Origin: Lingula anatina
Taxonomy: Eukaryota; Animalia; Brachiopoda
Assembly: GCA_051362555.1 (NCBI GenBank)
Contig: CM120640.1
Span: 41,580,788-41,644,787 of the forward strand
Length of the DNA: 64,000 bases
Reading direction: 5' to 3'
This document shows, piece by piece, positions 1 through 13,300 of the stretch. The notes beneath the pieces are model-generated. The model searched no databases. It saw nothing but the letters and a program-made list of their open reading frames with translations, and was not told where the DNA came from. The position numbers and the translations under genes were made by a program. Every line of letters starts with the position of its first letter. The first letter of the stretch is position 1.

Positions 1-1298
1 TGCTCACCTTTGAAAACTGTCAACTACTCATCTAGATAACTGGCATACAATATCAGTTGTTTGCAAATAGGGGATAAAATCTGTGAATGTATGGCTTATC
101 ATAGATGGTTGGAACTCCACAAAGGGGTATTAACAATAACAGTGGTTGCCAATATGATGAACAAAATTATTTAAATAGTCAATTGTGATGTGTCATTATC
201 ATATATTATATCGTGTGACTTTTCTTTTGTAAATTGAAATTGTTTTGCACCAATTAACGGCGTTTTGTTTTAAGAATAAAGAAAAATCTTGTAAAGAAAC
301 TGTTGTGAGACAATTGTTTCAAGTGCTTAGCCTGTGGTTTTGGGTGTGGATGGTGATGTGGGACACCCGTTTTACTTTGTCTACATTGTAGGACAAACAA
401 GGTGGACATGCTTTTAACATAACTCTTGCATTACAATATCGTATTATTCCAGGTGAAATTATAGTTGCATTCAACGCATTGCATGTATGAAAAAATGTGC
501 CAGTTTATGTACACATGTTGTAAAGATGTTTTATTCCCTCCTAAATACAAGACGTACATTTACATAAGGACATGTCCCTCACAATTTGTATTGCACATAA
601 AGACGTGACAGAAAACTATGTACTAGAAAACTGCTCTCAACAAATCTAGGTAGTAATGCATTGTCCAGCTTTATGCAGCTTGTCCATCTAAATCGACTTC
701 CTTCCAGTGATGAAGAAATCGATATCTATTATCATTTATAAACAACATCCATAGTCTTCATATAGCCAACTCTGGAGCAAATGAGAACAATCTTTCTTCC
801 ATCTTTTTCTACATAAAATCCAGGTCCAACATCGTCAGTCCACAATGATCATTTATATTCATATTTACAAAAGTATTAATTACATCTAGAACTACCCCTG
901 ATCAGAGGTGCAGCTGTGTTGAAGGGCACCTGAAATAAAATGCAAGGCCATTAAAACTTAATACAGCTGATCAAACAGCTACAATTTTTCAAGTTACAAA
1001 AATTTAGTTTGAGCCCTCTCTCAACTATTCACCTAATAATTTAAAGTGTTGTTTATCTTGAAACACACTGATCTTCCATGGAAGAGAATTTTTCTTTGGT
1101 AAAAGCAGTAATCACTATGAACATTGCTTCATTTAAATCTCATAAGTTGCAAAAAAACTTCGGTTCTCTTCAGAGTGACATAGGATCTTCTGTATCAGGA
1201 GTAAAACAAAAAACTTCTGTAACAAACCAGTTGAATAAGTGAGACAACCAGGCTCTGAAACTTTTTAAGAATGCATTCTTATCAATTTACCTGTTCTA

Positions 1299-2558
1299 TC
1301 ACTTCCACCTTTGTGAAATATGATAAGCTTCATCTCCTTTAATCAGGGGTCCCAACAATGGATTGAGTTGAAATGCCCATGTGATAAACCAGCTACAAAC
1401 ACAAAAAAATATTAACTACAAACAATCGTTTTAAAACTGATCATTTATCAATGCCCATCTACTTCATTTTGTAATTTATTATTTGAAGCGCCCACTTCCA
1501 TTATAAATATATAGTGAGTATACAAAATACTTTTACAAACTCCTTTCATGTTACTTTGGATAATTAAAAATATGCAACAATGAATTGTTTTCTTTGTGAC
1601 AAAGCATTGCTAAAAATTCTGGCTAATGTTGCTTTCAATGACGGCTAAAAGTTAATATTTAATAAGCTGAAATGCCCCAAATGATGCATTTGTCTACATA
1701 ACATGTAAACATTTATGGCAAATATGAAACACTTCACCCAAAGATTCCAACATTTGGAATTTAACAGGCAGGGCAAGTCCGAAAATATGTGTAAACAAAA
1801 GTCAAGTCACAAAGTACTGAGCTGAGAGAAATGGCGATTGATGTTACACAGGATAACATTTCAGGAGTATTCTTTGAAATTTTGTATTCTCAGTTATCAA
1901 TGTCGGATGTGGGACTTAAACAAAATGTGAAACAGCCTCTTATAACCTTGGACATTTGGAAACATTACTTTTGCTTACACAGATGTTTACTTACAAAAAC
2001 CAGCAACAAAAAGCTGTGAGGACAAGCATCAATCTGATAACTCTGGAAAATAGAGAGATAGTACATACAAGTAAATATTTAACAACAGAGTAGGACTATA
2101 AATACCGTGATAAAAGTTTTAAATAGTCATTATCTTTATTATTATTTTAATGTCGTTTTCAATATGATCAATAATTAAATGGAAGACTTCACGTCTTCTG
2201 AAAAAAATCAACGGCTTTCGTATAATTATTGAATTTAACATTCTCACATTGTGTGATGCATTGCTTTAAAGTGCTGAAAACATAGATAATAACCGTTCAA
2301 TTCCAATCTTGTAAATGTATTGCAAATGATCACGAAAACAAATTGAGAAAATAAAGTAAAAATCATTCCCTGGTCTGAAGAATGTCAAATGGTAACGCTG
2401 GTACCCTTAATTCACCTGAAAGGGATATTCCCAAGTGTAAGACATACTTACCCCCTATTTTCTCCCTTTGGTACAAACCATGGTGCTACAACTCCTACTA
2501 AAAACCAAAATCCAGACACAACAGCTAAAGGAATTGCGATATTTTCGTGGTTCACCAT
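1299..2558 (-). CDS. ATP6V0E: V-type proton ATPase subunit e (3 coding exons)
   Basis: Exons 2452-2558 (MVNHENIAIPLAVVSGFWFLVGVVAPWFVPKGENRG), 1995-2042 (VIRLMLVLTAFCCWF) and ~1299-1393 (WFITWAFQLNPLLGPLIKGDEAYHISQRWK*). GT-AG junctions are in phase. The PWFVPKG-NRG and QLNPL-GP motifs are diagnostic of subunit e. A further 3'UTR exon begins at ~929. Confidence 0.95.
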
Positions 2559-2741
2559 TTTCAAGCAGTCACGAGACAAGCCGGAATAGGAAGTGACGTC
2601 AGTAATGAGGAAGTTTAGCAATAAATTTACCCAGCACACCATTCGGCTTCCGAGCATGTGCTCTCTGTTTTTGTAAACAAATTACAGCAAAACACATATA
2701 TATATATATATATTAATTTGCTAGCTGTCAGCTACCCGAGG
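2559..2741. promoter_or_regulatory. Bidirectional promoter between ATP6V0E and PYROXD2
   Basis: About 180 bp separate the divergent ATGs. Contains CCGGAA, GGAAGTGACGTCA (overlapping ETS and full CRE, CRE at 2594-2601), GGAAGT and CTTCCG motifs. Confidence 0.7.
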
Positions 2742-5700
2742 ATGTGGCGGGGGGTTTTATCGGGCTGGAGAGGGCAGTTTAACATACTGCAAAGCAGTGC
2801 ATTGTGTACCACCACCAGGAAAGCGTCAAATGTAGCGCCAAAATTTGCCGCAAAAGAAGATCAAATGAAAACAGAATATGATGCAATTGTTATTGGTGCA
2901 GGTAAATAATAATGAGCCATAATACAGTATAAGCATTTTCACAAAATCGCAAACCAGTCAAGTGATCCTTGTTTCTACTGAAATGACTTTAAATGAAGTA
3001 TATACTTCTAATTTTTGTTGGTCGATATAATTTTTAATTTAGATTGGCTTTTTCTCCTCCCAGTGGCAGCTTTGCATGGGAAGGAGGGGTCAGGGGAGTC
3101 GTGCCCCCCTTCCATTTCTTGAAAAAATTACACCAATGGCCCCCTCTTGAAATTAGAATTTTGACTATCTAAATCGTAGTTCTAAACCGTACCAAATGGC
3201 AACCTTTGCCCTCTAAAATACCAAGTTTTTTGGGGGCCCTTCAGTGGGCCCCGAACCCCACACAGGGGAGGGGGGGGGGGGGGGTCGGCTTGGCATCCAC
3301 AGCCTATCTTTCCTAAAAACTGGACCTCCCCTTCAAATAATCCTGGATCTGCCCCTGCTCCCCTTCCCCAACCCTCACATTCTTTTTTTATGTATGTTTA
3401 TAATTTTTAATTTAATTATTCATCAGCTGCCTCCCCACGCTCTCTCTTCATGTTAATATTTTTGATATTGGCATCGCTGTCACATTTTTCTACTAGTATC
3501 TATTAGTACAAGTACCATACATGCATATCTTTATCTATTACATATATCATTCAGCAGTTTAATATTATTACTAGCATATTTATCTACTAGTATCTACATG
3601 TACCATACATGTATATCTTTATCTATTATCATTCAGCATGTTATTATATTGTTGTTTTTGTGGTAAAATATTTTTTATTGTTTATTGTTGCATTTTTAGG
3701 TCACAATGGATTGGTTGCGGTATGTTGAAAATGCCAAAATTGACAAATTATTAACTCTCTAAAATTCTTCATTATATTTTGCTTTTTACATATTACATCT
3801 TAATTTACTATGGGTATGTAATTAAAACAAACTTAAAGGAGTATATATTAGATTTGTTCTGTGCTATCCCTAACATTGAGATTAAATTCTCCTGTATCAA
3901 ACTGGCTTACAATGATTTAGCCACATGGTTATAATAATGTTATTTGGTGAAACCTGAAAACTTGGTTAAAAATTATAATTATACTTTTTGTGACTGAATA
4001 AATAGGCTGCAGGTGTACAAGTATTTATAGTAGGTTTAATATGAACACTTAAGTGTTTACTAGTGCTTTTCTAAAATAATATAGATTAAAGGGATAATAA
4101 CTGTTCGTTTTGGCCAAAAAAAAATTTTTCCTGGAGTAAACAACAATTTTCCCATACTTACCAATGGTTAATGAATTCATTTCTACATTCAAAGTTAGTC
4201 CCTGTTTTTTTTCTAAAAAGTTTTTTTGTAATAATCTCTTTAGTGATTAGTTTGGCTTTTTATCTCTTAAGTGATTATTACAGAGCATAGCTGTCTATGG
4301 AGCTCAGAAATCAGAATAATAGCTATAACTGCCGTTTTTGTGGTAAAACAGAATATATTATATTTCTACGAGTTGTTAACAATGTTTTTGGTGTGAAATA
4401 TAGATCTCGTACGAAGAGTTATTATCCCTTTAAAGCAAACATTTGCACAGATTTTCTGAGATATATTTTTGAGAAAATACCATGAGAATTTTTTTGATGA
4501 ATACATTATATGCTGAATAGTTCCATTTGATATGTATTAATGTCTATATATACATGTAGAACATAAATTCATTAGATCAACAGCAGCCAGATTTACTCAT
4601 ATAAACTGGAACCAGTATGTCAGATTTGATAAATATAACACCTTTTAAAGGTTTATATTTTGTTGTTTATATTTTGTTGTATATATACCCTGTATATTCT
4701 ATTTTTAAAAAACATAATTTTAATAGGCAGCTTACCTTCAAAAGTCTGGACTGAATGTGTGTGTGCTGGAGAAAAGACATGTGATTGGTGGTGCAGCAGT
4801 CACTGAGGAAATTATTCCTGGTAAAAGAAGTTTTGCATATGTTTTTATTATAATTATAATAAGATACATATTTAATGAGTGAAGAATGTTTCCTTTAATA
4901 TAAGAAAGGTTCTCTGAAGAAGCTAAAAATCTGTGTTAAAATTCAAAAGTTTATACACTAACTTGGTTGATTTATAAACAATGCAACTAATGGACAACCT
5001 TGAAGTAAAGAAATTCATTTTAATCAATTCTGTTGCATTATTTCTGAAAATATTAAATTGGGGTAGTTGGGGTTCTTTCTGGTCATCATGTTTAAAAAAA
5101 ACTGTATTCTTTCAGGATTTAAATTTTCAAGGGCATCCTATGTGCTTAGTTTGTTGAGGCCCCAGATTATTCAGGATTTGGAGCTCAAGGTAAGTTGGCA
5201 TTATATGGACACAATTCAAATCTTTGTTTTTTGTTTACTTTTTTTTACAAAAAAATCTAAAGTGTATTAGATGCTATGACAGGCCTAGCAGTTAGAGTGT
5301 ACATAAATATCAGAAAAATGCCCAAATTGGGAGGATTTACCTGTTCTACTAGTTCATCACTTAATCCTAAATTTATATAATGTAGCCACTCGGAAGAATC
5401 AACAATCAAAATAAAGTAAGTGTTTTTTTTTTACCTTTAGTGCACTGCCAAGCAGATCTACTGGAGTATATGTCATAGATTTGAACTTTTCTTATGCTAT
5501 AATTGCAGAAACATGGACTTAAAGTGTACCTGCGAGATCCAAATTCCTACACTCCTGTGCTTGGGGCAACCAAAGACAGTAGCTGCCGTTCCTTGATCCT
5601 TGGAAGAGATGCCAGTGCAAATTACAGACAGATAGCTCAGTTTTCCAAAAAGGATGCAGATGTAACAAAAGGCTTTTGAATTTTATTAAGTTTTTAGTTG

Positions 5701-7924
5701 ACTATGGTTCAATTTAACATGCATGTACCTTCAGATCACATTGATGTTGACAGGTCATCTTAAAAATATGCTGGAAAACAAAGAAGATTTTTTTTATCAA
5801 ACTTTTCTGCCTAATGTTATCAAGTGTCATTTACAAAAAACCTCTAGAACTTTGATTACTGATTTTTTTCCAGAAAGAAAAAAGTCTTATCAAAATGAAA
5901 ACTTTCTGCTTAATAGTGCATTATGTGATACAGGTATGAAATACATTTTAAGCATATACCAAAAATGTCTGCTGTAATATATTGTAGAACAAAAACTGAT
6001 TTCCAGCACATGTTGTAGGCATACACCAGATATGAGCATCAACTTAGCTTAATGGCTGCTGCCATTGAACCCTTACTAGATTCCTCACCAGTAGATGTAA
6101 AACGGTTCATAGAAGGATCAATATCTGATAAGATGAAATGCTTGCCTGCTATCAGAGCTGCTGTACAAGCTGGTAAGTGTTTTGAATTGATAATTTGAAT
6201 AAGTCATTAACCATCAAAGAGTAATATGTTATCAACTTTTTTTTTTAGATTACCAAAATAGTTCACTCTGGAAGTGCACATGTCACACTTGGTACAATTA
6301 CATATAACATTTTTTTTTGTTGACCAAAACACTGAAGTATATAAAAGTTTCTTTTTGCATAAATTGAATATTTTAATCTAAGTTACTCTTTTTCATTTCT
6401 TATGTCTGTGTGATTCTTAGTATTTTTTTATTATTTTTAATTTCAAAAGATTTTTGTAGTTCTTTGCAGGTTTATCTTTTGCCATACTGGGGGTGCTTTG
6501 CTTAGGGATAAATGGAATATTGTTCAAAGCTACATGTAGTTGTATAAATTATATATATGCTCAAACTACTTTGAAATTGTCATTCATTTCAAAACTTTTG
6601 ATCTTTCCAGTGGTTATAGTAAATCCTTTCCAACATCCAAAGTTAGTCTGTTGTTTTTTGAAGTGTGTTTTGTGTAATAATCTCCTAAGGGATTAGTACA
6701 GAGGGTAGCTACTACATGTATGAATATCCATGTGGTGTAATGACAAACACAGATTTCAGAATGATTGCAGTAACCACCATTTTGGTGGTAAAATGGAATT
6801 TATTACATTTCTATGTGTTTTTCAAATAATTTATTGTGTAATTATGAATCCGTAATGAAAAGTTGTTCCACAGTTCCTTTCATTTATTTTTTATTTTGTA
6901 CAGGGTACTGGAAGGGGCAGAGTTTCTGAACTGGTCTTATTTGGTTTGTTCTTTTACCTGCTTTATGTTTTGCTGTATATTGCTTTCATATGCACCCGGA
7001 TATAAGCAGAAAAACCATGCATGTTCCAAATTAACTGCTTAACACATGTATAAATTGAGCTTGAGGGCAGGTGGTAAAATTGCAATGGTTTTATTTCTGT
7101 CGATGTGCTTGCTTTTCCTATGAAATATTTTTATTCATTACACAACTGTTTTCAAATGCATAATACCTCATTTTTCTCATGAAAAAGGTATTTAAAGTAG
7201 TCATTTACATATTTCATTCCTGATAAGATAATAAAAAGAAGAAAGAGCAGAATGCACAGCCTACATTCTACAAGCAAGGGAATGCTTGCTGTAATCCGGA
7301 TGCAAAAAAATATTTGGACAAAAATATATTATTTAGTAACATTGATGATTATGCCACTATAAATGTTATTGCGTACCATTAGAAGACATGAGAGAAAGGT
7401 GATCTTATATATTTTGGTGCAAAAAATAATGTATGAATAAAAGTAAATATTATAAGCAGCCTTTCCTGCTAAGGAGGGATTATTTTTTGTTCCACCAGAG
7501 CCTGCAATCTACAGTGCTGAAACAATCATGTGACTTGATTATTCACTAAGAAAGTTTAGACTTTTTTCAACAAAAGTTAACAGATAATTTTTCTCTCATC
7601 GATGACAATATTTGCTTCTCTTTGGTTGCTTATTTTCAAGTGAATGTTTGTCTGCATGACCATGCTACAGTGTCTACCGGTAAGCTTGTGCATATGTGTT
7701 TGATAAACGTATATTATCAATTAAGCTTGCTTTTCTTTGGTAACACACTTTGCTTGTTAAAAGTTGAAGGTTTGTGCTTTATATGTTGGAAAAAGTAAGG
7801 TAAGAAGGAGAGTGATCACTGATGGTCCACATTGGTGATATTACTTGAATATTTTTTATCATAGATGAAATGATTTCTTAGTTAGAACTAGGGTCCATTT
7901 CCTGGGTTGTGCATGTTGTTATAG

Positions 7925-8003
<79 letters not shown>

Positions 8004-9440
8004 GATTAATTAATTAATTAATATATTTAATTGATTAATTAATTAATTTTAGGCCAGTAATGTAAAGTTGTGTCGACTACAACGTGTTATGCTCTTTAAA
8101 AATTATACAAAAAGAATTTTGAAGTTAACACAGTGACATTGAAGCACATGGCATGTACATATGTTTATAGGCATAATATTCAAATAAATGAAGCCTATAC
8201 TGCATAAAATTGTGCAGGTACTGTGTAAAGTGGTGATATTTTATAATAGTTACGTGCAGATTCTTATAACTTATTCAGCAGTTCATGCATGCTCAGAATT
8301 ATTATTTTATTCTCTCTGAAATCATAAGTAAAATTTTGATTAACCCATATCAAGAACATCAATTGGATGCCCTTGTCCCAATAGAAAAAAAAAACTGTTC
8401 TAAAAAAAGAAATATGGTGTAGTTTAGATGACAATTTTCTTTTAGATTTTGAAATTTAGATATCATTTCTCAAATACTTAATTCAATTTGATGCAATTTG
8501 TGTGTATGGTTGTTTATTTTTTCTTTTCATTCCAGGAAAGATCTTGGGCAAAGAGATTCCTTCTTTCTTTGAAATGCTCACTGCCCCAGCAGCAAAGGTA
8601 CTAGTATAGTGGAATATAAGTAGATGCACAATTGTTAATTACTTTTGAAATGTGAACATAATTTTTTCCTTTCTTTTACGCTAAAATCTTTTCTTTGCCT
8701 GAAATGAAAGAAGACATTGTATCTATAGTTTTAGTAAAAGCATTTCTTTAGAGAAATTATCCCTTGACTTTGATACCTTAATTTCTATGACTTTTGTTTT
8801 GTGGTTATCAGGTGTTGGATCGGTGGTTTGACTGTGATCCACTGAAGGCGACACTGGCCACAGATGCTGTGATTGGGGCATGGCTGTCACCACACACACC
8901 AGGATCTGGGTATGAATGTCAATGTTTTGTTACTCAAAACTTTTAATGAAAATAACCAAGTTTGTGAAATGAAATCAGTTTGACCAGCTTGATTTGTACC
9001 TTTCTTAACTCGCAAAACTTTTTCTTTATCCAGTTATGTTCTCCTCCACCATGTGATGGGAGAGCTGGAAGGCATCAAGGGAGCCTGGGGTTATGTGGAA
9101 GGTGGTATGGGAGCAGTGTCACAGGCTATAGCCAATGCTGCTGTGTCATATGGAGCTGGCGTATTTACTGAGAAGGTACCTAAGAAAATGTACAGGGCAA
9201 TATTATTTTTTTATTTATAAGAAGAGAAGGTGTATTTTAAGTAGGACATGAGTTGTTAAATGCAGGAAAAGGAAAATGTTTGTTAATTAACTTACTTATA
9301 CTTTTAATAATATTTTCACTATTAGTTTATTAAAATATTGCAATTAAAGCATCAGTTTTTCAGAAATATGTTAAGGCACATGTGCACATGCGTTACAGGC
9401 ACATGTGCGTCAATGTACATTCATGCATGCACTCATGCAT

Positions 9441-9480
<40 letters not shown>

Positions 9481-10282
9481 TTCTAGATTAATTCTGTATG
9501 AAGAAAGGTGTGAGAACTTCCCTTTCAGCCTGTAGCCAGAGTTATGACCAGCAGTTCTGGGGAGACATCAGGTGTGTGTCTGCAGGATGGTACAGAGCTT
9601 AGAGCAGGGATTGTTCTGTCTAATGCCACACCCAAGGTGACATACCTGGATCTTATGGAGGAGGTATGTGCAGGAGTTGAGTCCATTCAGCTTTGTTTGT
9701 GCATATTTGTATTCCATCTAGTATGTGAGTACAAGGTGAACAAGGTTGTAGTCATCAGAATGCAAAGCGCTGTATTTTTTTTGTGATTAAGAATACATGT
9801 TGCAGAACACAGGAACACATAAACAAAAAAATTCTCCCCAGTGCAGTGACTCTTCAACACATTGTGCACATATATATGGATGAATTCATGTGTATATCAG
9901 TGGTTATTTGTATATGTGTGACTGAATGGATTTGTTTGTGTATAAGACAGTATTTGTATTTCATGTTGTTGAATATCTCATTTGATATGGTTTTGTTTGA
10001 TTAAGAAACATTCATGAATTTCATTAGATTATTAGTAAGATTAACATATGGCCAAGTAAATTTTGTAATTCATTAATGAGAAAAGAATTTATATTATTTA
10101 CTGTTGTATTTATAATTTTAAGGAAATAATTTTTAATCTTCCAGGATGCTGTAACTGAAGATTTTCGCAAAGACATCTCATTCATAGACTACAGATCACC
10201 CGTAACTAAGATAAATGGTAAGGCCACACTTTTTTAATTTTATGGATGACATCCTGCGCGCGCACCGATTTTCGTCCGTTCT

Positions 10283-10324
<42 letters not shown>

Positions 10325-13300
10325 CCAAAGGAAGTCGGTTGTCGCAAACGCTTCCAGCATTTTATTTTCGTATAAAGGCATTTGCCCAGATTACAAATGT
10401 AAATGGTTCATATAACGTAACTATTGCGCATGCGGAGAGCTCATGTACGTGCACTATCCTTTGCAAAAAAAGATTCTCTTTTTCTAAAGGCATAATAAAC
10501 ATAACTAATCAGGTTAATCATCAAATCTCTGTCATTGGAAGACATAAGCTGTCTAAACCTTTGGATATTTGGTTGACAGGTGTACCTGTTTGGTATATAT
10601 TTTGTTCTTAAGCTAAGTTTTAGAAATAACCCGCAAGCATTTTGGAAATATTGGAGGGTTAATGTTAATGCAAATTCTAGAAATAAGAGTAACATTGATT
10701 CTGATTCATGGGTTAAGCATTTTAGAGAGTTACTAAATCAGGATATTACGATTAATGAAGGATTTAGAAGAGAGGTAGACTCTCAACTAAGAAGTCATGA
10801 ACAAAATTGTAATCTATGCGATGATGATAATCCGGCTGTTTTGAATGCTCTATTTTCATGTGATGAGGTGCTCTCCGCCCTGAATAGCATGGCGAATGGA
10901 AAAGCACCAGGGAAAGATGGGATAGTCTCTGAGATGCTTAAGGTCACCCAAGGTAAAATTGCCCCAGTGTTAACACAACTCTTTAACAGCATACTTGAAA
11001 GTGGTGATTATCCCCAAGCATGGTGCAATGCCATTATCTGTGCTCTCCACAAACAGGGATCGGTAAATGATGTAAATAACTACAGAGGGATCTCTTTATT
11101 GAATGTGATTGGAAAACTATTTACCAAGGTTTTGAATAATAGATTCATGAAATGGGCAGCAGAAAATGGAAAACTCTGCGAAGAACAGGCAGGTTACAGA
11201 TCAGGTTACTCAACTGTTGATCATATTTATACATTAAATGCCTTGGGTCAGAAATATTTAAGCAAGGGCAGGGGGCGGGTTTAGTCCATATTTGTAGACT
11301 TTTCCAAAGCCTTCGACAGTGTGGACCACAGACTGCTATGGTTTAGACTACAAAAAATTGGTATTCATGGGAGAGTTTTACGGGTCTTAAAATCAATGTA
11401 TTCAAAATTGAGGTCGTGTGTTTTAATCTCCCCGGGACTTACAGAATATTTTGAATGTACTGTTGGAACCAGGCAGGGCTGTATGATAAGTCCATTTTTA
11501 TTTAATATGTTCCTAAATGAGTTTGTAGAGAGGTTAAATGAGAGTGATGTACAATCTATTTTTATTGATGAAATTGTCAGCATTTCGCTTCTATTGTATG
11601 CTGATGACATGGTAATTTGTGATGACACTGCATTTGGCTTACAAAAGAAGATAAATATTTTACAGAATTTCTGTGAAAATTTCGGACTGAATATAAATTT
11701 GAAAAAAACAAAAATCATGGTCTTTAGACACTCTGGACCATTACGAAAATATGAAAAATGGTACTTTGGTGGACAACCGGTTGAAGTTGTAACCCACTAC
11801 AAATATCTGGGTCTAACTATAACGCCAAGGCTCGTTTGGACAAAAGCCACCACTAGTTTAAGTCTGAAAGCAAGAAAGGCAATGATTATGGTTGCTAAAC
11901 TTGAATATAACACTGGAAGGGTTAGGTCTGATATTGCATTTATGATCTTTGATAAAATAATCGCGCCAATTTTATTTTATGGTGCAGAAGTCTGGGGATA
12001 CCAAGTGTATGACAAAATAGAAAAGGTACAACTTGCTTTCTGTAAAAGGATTCTTGGCGTGGGATCAACAACTTCAACAATAGCGGTCTTGGGAGACTGT
12101 GGTAGGTTCCCATTGTTTATAACTTACTTCAGTCGGTGTGTCAAATTCTGGCTTAAATTACTGAGAATGGAAGAAAGCAGATATCCAAAAGCGTGCTATA
12201 AGATTATGTTGGTATTAGATCAGGCTAGTCGCATTACATGGGCGACAAAAATTAAAGAAATACTTTTTAGATATGGTTTTGGGTTTGTATGGTATAATCA
12301 GGGTGTTGAGAATGAGATATATTTTTTAGAAATTTTTAAGACAAGAATGAAAGATTGCTACATTCAAGAATGGAACGGCCAGTTACAGAACTCGTCTAAA
12401 TTAAATTTGTATTGTATATTTAAATCTGTATTTCAAAAAGAAAATTATTTATTGTTGAATCTCCCGAAAACGCACTTAGCTGCTTTCGCCAGGCTCAGGT
12501 GTGGAAACCATAATCTTATGATTGAAAAAGGTAGACATGACAACATACCCTCGAACGAGAGGGTATGCACACTATGTAAGGACGAAATAGAAACGAATTG
12601 TCGCAAACGTCGTGATTGAATTTGCCGGAAAATGCAACCGGCAATCCTCGGCTAATTCCGCAAGCTCCATGCTGTCATTGTCGACTGCGGAGACATCCGA
12701 GTAGTTCCGAGTGCGGAAAATGAGCTTTCTGCGCATGCGTATTATCACCACGTGGAAATATGGCCGCTTTGCCGTCAAATTCATCTCTAGCATTAATTTC
12801 AAAATACACGACAATTAAAGTCATAAAGAGAACGGGGGCCGTCGTTTTGGATTGGTTTGCCATTGATATTGGACATGGAGATATCACCTTTTTACAATTA
12901 TACGAAAGCCTGGCCGCGGCCAGCGATCATCGCCCGGAAATTTTCAGTGACATTCTGTCCAAAGCAGCACATAGACTTACCAGGGTTTTTTTTTTTTTGT
13001 AGCGAAAAAAGGGTCGACAAGAGCGTCGTGGTATTTGGTGGACTGAAGGTCGGACAGGCCACCCGATAGTTGGCTGTTACGTGTGAGTCGAAGTAGACAA
13101 AATGGCATCGACCGAAATTACCTTTTTTAGATTTGGTAGTAGGAAGCAAAGGCCTACTGGTATCTTTGCTTCATTTTTTAACAATTCTGTGAAGTGTTTA
13201 CAATGCTTAAATTTTCTGAGAGTACAAATAAAGACGCTGTTTATTTGATATTTGTTTTATTGATTGCTATACCAACAGAATGCATGAAATAACCTTAAAT

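Noticed and set aside
1-60. Minus-strand donor-like AG|GTGAGC at position ~8
   Set aside because: It lies at the window edge with no supportable exon or ORF, so it cannot be assigned.
10196-10611. Poly-Lys / poly-Phe ORFs
   Set aside because: These are translations of the poly-A tract in the transposon subterminal region.
11282-11284. In-frame TAG in the RT as programmed readthrough or recoding
   Set aside because: It falls at a position usually occupied by Tyr before the FVDF motif. A single TAY-to-TAG mutation or a sequencing error is a simpler explanation.
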